From the NCBI GenBank assembly GCA_964016885.1, contig OZ024743.1, positions 202,368,001-202,432,000 of the forward strand: DNA of 64,000 nt, in the 5' to 3' direction. A program made the translations under genes and the position numbers. The notes beneath the pieces are model-generated. The model did no database searches. It saw only the letters and a list, made by a program, of their open reading frames with translations, and was not told where the DNA came from. This document shows, piece by piece, positions 53,911 through 64,000 of this stretch. Each line of letters starts with the position of its first letter. The stretch's first letter is position 1. The DNA comes from Eledone cirrhosa. Its lineage: Eukaryota.

Positions 53911-54598
53911 GCTACTTCCACCCAATAATGCCAACACTACCACCATCACTGACAGAAACGACTACTCCAGTAAAACACGCTAAGATGTTTTATGTTGTTG
54001 TTGTTTAACTGCAGGTCAGCCTTGATCTTGTAGGGCCATAACAAAAGGCATTACTGCCATCACTATCCAATTTTTTAAGGGAATCAAACACCTAATTTTA
54101 ATATTTAAGATGGTAGTATGTCTCGTTAAGAGGTGTAGATGCTATTTCTGGTAAATAGTGACCATATTGAGGCTGCCGTGTTGGCTAATGAAAGCTGGTA
54201 ATTGTTCCTAGGTAACACAACGATAGACATTAACACAAATGGTCTCCTCATTCTTGACTCTAGTACAAATATGAAAACATGCAAAGAAATGTATTTATTA
54301 ATGGATTAATGGATCATAGATAACACAGGAAGTAATAGCGTTATAAGAATAAAGTAGATAGAGACCGAGGGTGAGGGAGCGGAAATAATGAAGGTGAGTT
54401 AGAGTGAAAAAGCGATACAATGAGACAGGTGATAGAGGATGAGTTAGAAAACATCTTTAAACTTCACTACTATATATGCGCGTAGACATACACACACGTT
54501 CAATTACATGTAAGCATCTAACTGTATAGACACAAATATATGCATACACATACATACTCATATATGTGTATACATATTATATATATATATATATATAT

Positions 54599-55325
54599 AA
54601 GTATGTATACGTACATACATATATGTATACAGACGTACAGTAGTATGTATATATATATACATACATGCACATATATATATATATATATGTACGTATGGGT
54701 TTACCGAGCATTTATTATAATGTTCGGTTTGTTTGTAAACAAACAGTCCGAATTAAGCCGTACAATGTTCGGCAACCATCGTTGCCCTTTTGTTCAACAC
54801 TGACAAAGGAACGATGAACTAGTTTCTAGCTTATTGGCTGTCATCAGCATTATATACCTTCCTGTCAGTCGATTGAACATTTGAAAGCATATACTTTCCT
54901 TATGCATATTAACAGCTGCGCAGCCTAATTTGCATGTCGAGTGAGCTAGTCGGCCGTGCGTACCGAAAACCATAAATGGAAAAATTGAAATTTCATTTTT
55001 CATTTTTTAGTACGGCTAATACTTAAAAATAAGTATATATACATACATACATATATGTATACAGATGTACAGTAGTATGTATATACATACAAAAGGGCAA
55101 CTATGGTTGCCGAACACAGTAAGGCTTAATACGGGCTTTTTATTTACATACAAGCCGAACATTATAATAAATGTTCGGTAAACCCATACGTACATATATA
55201 TATGTGTGCATGTATGTATATACATACTACTGTACGTCTGTATACATATATATATGTACGTATACATACGTATATTTAAGTACCAGCCGTACTAAGAGCG
55301 ACAAATGAAATTTCATTTTTTCCAT
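54599..55325. mobile_element. Retrozyme-like family H: ~1.1 units (period 432) plus an inverted copy spanning the unit junction
   Basis: aagtat.tatac.tacatacatatatgtatacaga.gtacagtagtatg at 54599 and 55031; 55090-55325 inverted. Confidence 0.75.
54814..54850 (-). ncRNA. Minimal type I hammerhead ribozyme
   Basis: atg-CTGATGA-cagc caataa gcta-GAAA-ctag-TT-cat, nested in a longer flanking stem. Confidence 0.7.
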
Positions 55326-55494
55326 ATATATATATACACCGAAGTGAACCTAAATATCGAGTGCTCACCCGAGTTGGAATTCCTCTTATTAATATAATCT
55401 TCTATACACAATCATATACAGGGCTGGTGACGTCAGAATGAGACGAATGTCTGTTTACACGAAACAACAGTCAAATATATAGTCATATATAACA

Positions 55495-55605
<111 letters not shown>

Positions 55606-55664
55606 CTGAGTATTTCTATATATTAATACACAAATTCAAACATGCATGTATATATAAATACAGA

Positions 55665-55890
55665 TATGCATGATGGCTGCAAACTCTGCTAAGGGTATTG
55701 CAATGGCTTGCCAGATTCGGATGCGTGACGCTTGGATATGGTTTTTCAAGCCTGCTAGAGACTTGCACTCCTTTGCACATTGACGACAACTATGGATCCC
55801 CCTGGCCACAGGTCTTGCATCAGGTTGCTTGTGAACCTTCACAATACTGAGGAGATCATGGTTCATTGGTTTTGTTCGACTGTGGCTCCT
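55665..55890 (-). mobile_element. 3' end of RTE-like LINE (C-terminal zinc-finger motif)
   Basis: CRQCAKECKSLAGLKNHI followed by a short 3' tail. Confidence 0.5.
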
Positions 55891-56945
55891 GATACACACA
55901 AACATACTTACATACATAACATACGTACATATATATATATGTATATGTATGTTATAACTCCGGAAAGTCAGTTTTTTTTAGCCGTAGAGTGCTTCCAATC
56001 TACTGTAAAACTCATTTTTTGATATACTCATTGAATTTTTGTTTAACTCTTCAATATACATATATGTATACATACATATATAGATACATACTTACATAAT
56101 TCCATGCATATATATACAATGCGTGTGCATGTGCATCTGTGTATGTGTGCACGCGCACATATATATGTGTATACTAAGATCAAGAGAGAAAAAGATACCA
56201 TGGAAGAAGAATATCAATCGATTTTGCCATAAAATTCGATCTGAATATTGAATCTAATTCTCTTTACGTTTGATCATATTTTTATTCAGTGGCATCTTTG
56301 TAACTTATTTTCATTTTTCAATCCTTTTATTTTAAATAATTCCCCCGATTAAAATAAAATCTTCCTTGCCGTCATCGCACATTGGCTATCATCATAACTA
56401 CAATCAGGACTATCATCATTATGATCAACATCATCATAATCCTCACTTTCCTCATAACCACCATCAACGCCATCAACAGCATGATCATGATGACCATCAT
56501 CATCATCATCATAATTCCTACATCCACAATCACTAGACCGTTATCATAATTAATGGTGTTAATATTATTTTTTATAATGTTATTATTATTATTGTTTTTT
56601 TTGTTTTGTTTAATTGTGATTTATATATATTTTGTTGGGGGAGGGGGCTTATCATCTTCACCGCTATTATTATAATTATAAGTATTATTATTATTATTAT
56701 TATTGTTCATATAATTAGTAGTCGTATTATAGTTGTTGTGGTTGTTGCTGTTGTTCTTATCATTTTAATTAATGGTATTTTATTATTAATGTTACTAAGA
56801 AAGGTGTTTAAACTGAGTGCATGTCAGTGTACATCCACTACAAGCAAAATGGAAAAAATAAATAGAATAAAATGTATCCGCCTCCGCAAACCTTTCATGA
56901 CGTACTTGCATCACCTACACATAGAAACATAGAGATACACAAACA

Positions 56946-57129
<184 letters not shown>

Positions 57130-57755
57130 GAAAGGTATAGAAATTGTTTTAGCGAGAAGCTAACAGTATTCAATAACATATATGTGACTATGGCATCAAG
57201 ATATATATGTATATAGTTGACAGCTGGAAGAGAGGAGTACTCACCACCAAGTTAGTGTTTTAATATTCATTTTAGTAAGATTGAATAGCTGGTCATGTTA
57301 CTCCGTCTCGCGAAACTGTGATAAACATGCGAAACTCCAGAGTAACAAGACTCACTTCTCAGTCTTAAAATAAATATATATATATATATATATATATGTA
57401 TAAATATGATAATAATGGAGCTGCGGCGTTGCAAATGGGTTACATATAAAAAAGTGAGTCCTTCATCAGTGACCCTCCTGGGCATTTCATCGCTTTAAGG
57501 GCCATATACCTCAGGTTGGTGCGAACAACGGCTAAAAAAAGTCGTTGGGACACGTAAATAAAGAGAACGTTAGGGTGAACAAACAAAATGGTTTAAGCAA
57601 CAGAAAGTGAGAAGAAAGAGACAAGTCCCAGATTTCTATGAATATAAACTCGATAAAATCGTGAACTAGAGAATAAAGACCATCAGACCTGGTTGAAATG
57701 TGAGCAAGGAAGGAATTTCGCACAGGTCTAACGGGAGGAAGAAGAAGGGGTCTGG

Positions 57756-57858
<103 letters not shown>

Positions 57859-58400
57859 TTTACATATATATATACATACACATACATATACGTGTTTTGC
57901 AACTGGTCACTTTTTGGCTCAATGAAAAATTAATAAATTAAACAATCAGAGCTATATATCATAAAACATGTCTATAGAATCCCAAGTTAAAATATATACT
58001 ATTTCCTCTCCCAATTAGCATAATTAACTATATAAAAAATCGAATAGACCAAGCTATACGAATGAGGCTTCTATGAAGGAATCTCCAACAAATACCCAAA
58101 TCTAGGGCTTCGCGTCGGCCGTAGTGGAATATTTATCGAATATTTCGACAGCGTAATCGCCTAGATACAGTCAACTAAGCAGAATTAGGTTTAAAATAAA
58201 CTAGGAGAAAATAGAATATATCAAGGGTACCAACACTTTGGTACGCACTCATCTGATGAAATACAATGTTTGTTTTATAAATATAGTTTCCGTTTCTTTA
58301 ATATCATTGATATTATAATCCAGAAAAAATGTCGAGTGCTTCGAATCAGTTATAAACATGTATATTTGTTGAATTACCAACAAATTAAATGTCCCTTTTG

Positions 58401-58437
<37 letters not shown>

Positions 58438-58451
58438 CCACGCACACACAA

Positions 58452-58500
<49 letters not shown>

Positions 58501-58889
58501 CATATATGTATATAAAAAAAATACCTACACACGTGCGTGCGTGTCCATGTGAATGTATGTGAGTATGTGTGTGTTTTCATGAAACTCTTCACATCCTCAA
58601 CGCATAGATCAAACAAAGTATGCAAAATGCTCATAGAATTAAGCTTGAACATCTCACCTTCTTAATATCAATACACCTTTGAACGTTAGGTAATTTGAGG
58701 TGAATCAGTGTAATATATATGTAATAGCCTATTTCAGAGAGAGATGTGTTTTAACATGTGATTATATTTATGAGAGTGCATGACGGGGCGTAACTCCGTG
58801 TTTTATGTGACTGGCCTGCAACCATAAAGGTGGGATATGCCGCATCGATTCCTGAAACACATATGCGAGCACACACATTCACATGTATT

Positions 58890-59008
<119 letters not shown>

Positions 59009-59023
59009 GTGTGTGTGTGTGTG

Positions 59024-59071
<48 letters not shown>

Positions 59072-59109
59072 GTTAAAAGAATAGAGGTGTAACACACAAG
59101 TTATTATAT

Positions 59110-59635
59110 ATTGGTAAACGGAATAGAAAATGCTGACAAATTGTTCACAGTTGAAAAATGGTTTAATTAGGAATAAAAGAGTATTAGTGATTGTATGGGT
59201 TAGTATTCAGTTGTGGTTTTAAGTTTTTAAGTTTTTACCGGTTGCGCATTTCTAAATGCTTTTCAAAAATAATTTTGAGATAGAGTGTCCGTGCTGTTTG
59301 CTCTGATCTGATTAGTTTTGGGAATTCTACCTGTTTTTATGTTAAAAAAGTGGCTCCAGCAAAAATTCTTGGTCAAAACAATTTTGATTGGTCGGTAGAG
59401 GTCATGTGGATAAAAAATTGTGGATATATGTATGTGTGTATATATATATAGTGAATATCATTTCACACCTTTTATTGTTAAGATTTTTGATGTTCTATTA
59501 AGAGAACCGATTTTACTGAAAAAATCGAATAATGTACACCATTTTACCAGGGGGAAAAAAATACTGGTCCACACACACACACACACACATATACACAAAC
59601 ACATACACATGCGTACATCAATATACAAAGAGACT

Positions 59636-59673
<38 letters not shown>

Positions 59674-59772
59674 CACACACACACACACACGCACGCACTT
59701 CTCCGTATAAGACAAAAGCTGAAAAATATCTTTTGACCTTCAAATGACTCTGCTACACACACACACACACAC

Positions 59773-59818
<46 letters not shown>

Positions 59819-59884
59819 ATCTTAATAGCCATTTGACACACATCGCTGCTGGCCATTGTCGCAGCATCGAACACCTTACTACTA

Positions 59885-59972
<88 letters not shown>

Positions 59973-60460
59973 ACACACACACATATTTGTTGTGAAAGAG
60001 TCATTTCTCAATCTTGGCGCAAAACCAATATTTTATCCACATGACCTCTACCGACCAATCCAAATTGTTTTGACCAAGAATTTTTGCTGGAGCCACTTTT
60101 TTAACATAAAAACAGTCTTGGCGCAAAATCAACTTTTTACATTCACATGACCTCTACCGACCAATCAAAATTGTTTTGACCACAAGCATTTTTGCAACAC
60201 AAAAATAACGCTGGAGCCACTTTTTTAACATAAAAACAGGTAGAATTCCCAAAACTAATCAGATCAGAGCAAACAGCACGGACACTCTATCTCAAAATTA
60301 TTTTTGAAAAGCATTTAGAAATGCGCAACCGGTAAAAACTTAAAGACTTAAAACCACAACTGAATACTAACCCATACAATCACTAATACTCTTTTATTCC
60401 TAATTAAACCATTTTTCAACTGTGAACAATTTGTCAGCATTTTCTATTCCGTTTACCAAT
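59110..60460. mobile_element. Inverted pair of family B (59110-59418 vs ~60030-60460) around (CA)n tracts
   Basis: Reverse-complement arms; homologous to 10485-11145. Confidence 0.8.
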
Positions 60461-60864
60461 ATATATATATGTGGTGTGTGTGTGTGTCTGTGTGTGTCTG
60501 TGTGTATATAAATATATACATATATATAATAGAAAAAGGGAGGAAGTTTCGTTTACATATGAAATATATTACTTACTTATCGACCCGATACGCGTGTTTC
60601 GCAGATGATTGGCTCAGCCATAGGAGTCATGGACCCGACACCCCGTATCGATCTGCTCCTAAGATTGGTGATGTGATGCGGCAAAAGATATATTTCACCG
60701 TACTACCTACACTATATATATATATCACCTTGATCACCTTGACCGACCAGTCTGTTGGGCGCTAATCGGCGCCGCTGGTCACAGCACGTCATGCTGTATT
60801 AACCATAAGATAACGCCATCCCACTGGGAGGGCGGGCAGGCCGGTACACATTTCTACAACTGAA

Positions 60865-60960
60865 TAAACTGGAGCAACGTGAAATAAAGTGTCCGAGAAT
60901 TGAACTCACAACCTTTCGATTGCAAGCGCTATGGTCTAACCACTAAGCCATGCGCCTTCA
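60865..60960 (-). mobile_element. OR-like tRNA-derived SINE head
   Basis: tgaaggcgcatggcttagtggttag...gtgagttcaattc...actttatttcacgttgctccag. Confidence 0.7.
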
Positions 60961-60987
60961 CACACACACACGCACACACACACACAT

Positions 60988-61019
<32 letters not shown>

Positions 61020-61030
61020 GTGTGTGTGTG

Positions 61031-61079
<49 letters not shown>

Positions 61080-61082
61080 ATA

Positions 61083-61131
<49 letters not shown>

Positions 61132-61170
61132 GTATATATGTATATATGTATATGCATATATATATATATA

Positions 61171-61219
<49 letters not shown>

Positions 61220-61473
61220 ATACTTTGTGAGGGTCATGTTGCCAACAAATTCAGAAACGAAATATATATATATATATATATTTAAATGAAAATAGAGAAA
61301 TTAATGTGAGCAAGAAGCCAACAGTATTTCATAATATATAAGTGACTATAGCGTGAAAATGGAAAATATTTAACGTAAGTTATGGGAAAATAATTCAAAC
61401 ACAATTAAAAAAAAAAAATCGACAGATTTTTATCCACAGATTTTGTGAAATCCAGGGAAAAAACCAATAGAGT

Positions 61474-61506
<33 letters not shown>

Positions 61507-61664
61507 CATCTTCTACCTCAGTCGGTCGCCTTCAAGTATATATTTATATATATACTTGACGGCGACCGCCTGAGGTAGAAGATGGTAGATGGTCGGTCGT
61601 CCTCTTGTCTATGATTTTCAGCTCCATGTATTTTATCTATTATATTCCTTTGTTATATTTCAAT

Positions 61665-61720
61665 TACCTGATGATATCACCGGATTCATATGGAGCCCGG
61701 TCATTGAAATGATCATAGTA
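61665..61720 (+). ncRNA. Type I hammerhead ribozyme
   Basis: tac-CTGATGA-tatcaccgg...ccggtcatt-GAAA-tgatca-TA-gta. Confidence 0.65.
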
Positions 61721-61907
61721 TAATAAACCTTTCAAGGATTTACACCAGTCCAGCCTCCCGTTATTTTATTATATATATATATATAAAAATAAAACCGTAG
61801 AGCAAATATTTATTGAAATAACTGATTAAAGTTTAAGCATAGAATCGCTGCTTCAGAAGATCCCGTTCAGGGAGAAAGAAGCGATTCTTTGCTTAAACTT
61901 TAATCTG

Positions 61908-61976
<69 letters not shown>

Positions 61977-63010
61977 TTTAAAATACAGCCTTATTTGAAA
62001 TTACTCGTATTAATTTTCCCCAAATGAGGATCAGACTCACGGGTATGCCGTGCCATATTTGGTCTTTTTCTTCCAAAATACAACACGTATATGCAAGAAA
62101 TTATTTGATTACACCTTAATCATTGTATGATTTACATTTAATGAATCTTTGACATTAGGATAATTCTTAAACACTGTGATTATACCAGCATTGCAGAAGT
62201 CTTTTGTAATGGTGAAATGTTAAGTGATTTTACGATAAAAATGTAGATAGCCACATAAAAAATTTACCGCCTTTCTAACAATAATTTTTATAGTTATTTA
62301 TTCAATTTAATTATTTCATTATTTTATAAAATTTCTATAATCTTGTAGACTTTTATAGCATATGCAACGGTGTATTTGTGATCCTATAGAATACGAAGGA
62401 GTATCGTTATACGAATGAATCTTAAGGCAGAGTTGAGTTTTTTGATAATTTTATTTATTTCTATTATACTTCATTAGGTGAGCATTTTGAATTTAAGTCT
62501 AAATTACACAAGATATGTTATAAAGTGGTTGATTTGGTTTAACTTGAGACGTAAGTCCCTTATAGATTATGTCCGATATGTCTCACTTTCAACTATATAA
62601 ACAACTTCAGCATTTTTCTTGCGTAACTTCTTCAGCTGAAGCTATGATTGCGTACCAACAACGCGATGCCATTGTGGAAATGCTCATAACAGAAATATAA
62701 AAGTGTTTAATTACCGACCGGTCGGTGATTAAACACTTTTTAATTTTTTGTATATAATTGATCCAGGCGATCTCTCTACAATTGTATTGCAAAGGATATC
62801 TTTAGAGAATGAAACATGTGTAGATCAAATAAATAATGTGAACTACGAAAAAGGACGATATTCGTTTACGTAATGTATGTTTATAATATATAATTCTACA
62901 ACTGATTATACAACTCTCTCTTCACTTGTTGTCTATTATACAACACACACGCATACAAACACACATATATATATAAAGAGAGAAAGAGTATATATATATA
63001 TATATATATC

Positions 63011-63048
<38 letters not shown>

Positions 63049-63226
63049 TACACACACGCATAAATGCATTCAGATATATTTATATAACTATATATACACA
63101 CATACATACATACATACATTTATACACATATACACATATACATACAAACATGCATTCATTTATACATACATACATACATAATAGCTGACCCCTCGTTTTC
63201 GAGTATGGCCATAAATAATATCCCAA

Positions 63227-63297
63227 TCTCGTGCGGGGAATCGAACCCAGGCCACCTGGGTAAAAGCCAGGAATCTTAACCACTAAACCGAATGGGA
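63227..63297 (-). pseudogene. tRNA-Glu-derived pseudogene / SINE head (anticodon reads TTT)
   Basis: tcccattcggtttagtggttaagattcctggcttttacccaggtggcctgggttcgattcccc resembles eukaryotic tRNA-Glu(TTC); acceptor stem broken. Confidence 0.7.
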
Positions 63298-63359
63298 CTA
63301 CATACACACACACATACATACATACATACATACATACATACATACATACATACATACAT

Positions 63360-63710
63360 GGCGGCTACCCCCTCGTTATCGAGTATGGCCATTGCACGAT
63401 ATCCCATTATTAATAATTATTAATTAATTCTATCGTGCAATGCCTGTGCGTGAAGATATTTTTTAAAGCGAGGAAAGACTGTGCACTGAGCCAATCCCAC
63501 TCTCTAAGCAACAGTAGCTATAACCCGAAAAAAAGAACTGATCAACATCATCGGTAACTACTGAGGCACAGGTTCTATATCGGAGTTATCCAAGTTTCCT
63601 GAGTTGCCTTTTCGTAGAAGAATGCCCTGACAAAGGCTAGGCGTCTTTCACTCCCAGTGGTTTAACCGCGCGATCGGGTGTCTAGCCGACTATTTCTATG
63701 TCCCCGCCAA
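63360..63710 (-). repeat. Interspersed repeat with (ATGT)n tail, unclassified retroposon
   Basis: 3' end shared with 3822-3958 and 63183-63225. Confidence 0.55.
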
Positions 63711-64000
63711 TATACATACACATGCACCCATGTATATTCCCATATACATATACATACAAATGTACATGTGTATATACATATTTACACACTTGTGGATGGC
63801 CGTTGACTCTCACGAGTTCTTCCGCCCTTTGTCTGGTTTTGTTTTTTGTCTTCCAGGGTGTCCAAAATCACCCTCCTCACCAAGTAAACTTGGTGGGGTG
63901 GCCGGTTTAGTCGCCGACGACCCGACCATACATACATACATACATACATACATACATACATACATACATACATACATACATACATACATACATACATACA

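Noticed and set aside
63227-63297. Functional tRNA-Lys(TTT) gene
   Set aside because: Body is Glu-type, the acceptor stem is mismatched and it is fused to a repeat tail

Overview
AT-rich eukaryotic DNA dense in microsatellites, with no host protein-coding gene I can support. The SINE types suggest an octopus or other cephalopod (inference). Most ORF-track hits are (TA)n/(CA)n/(GA)n translation artefacts. Recognisable elements: three Tx1/L1-clade LINE pieces (one near full length, 28005-33916) and two 5'-truncated R4/Dong-like restriction-endonuclease LINEs, all bounded by (AAT)n; a frameshifted Penelope-like element (RT + GIY-YIG, 11183-15693); an RTE-like copy with a twin-priming-type 5' inversion; head-to-tail non-autonomous Helitrons; and tRNA-derived SINEs. 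The main hidden signal is that many short islands between (TA)n tracts carry type I hammerhead ribozyme (HHR) motifs, more than 15 read by eye from many distinct families. Several lie in terminally redundant, tandem or circularly permuted non-coding units (~311-314, ~432, ~595 bp) with compensatory stem changes, i.e. retrozyme/circRNA-like elements. Three families carry a U3-A8 covariant catalytic core. Coordinates were counted by eye and may be off by a few bases.
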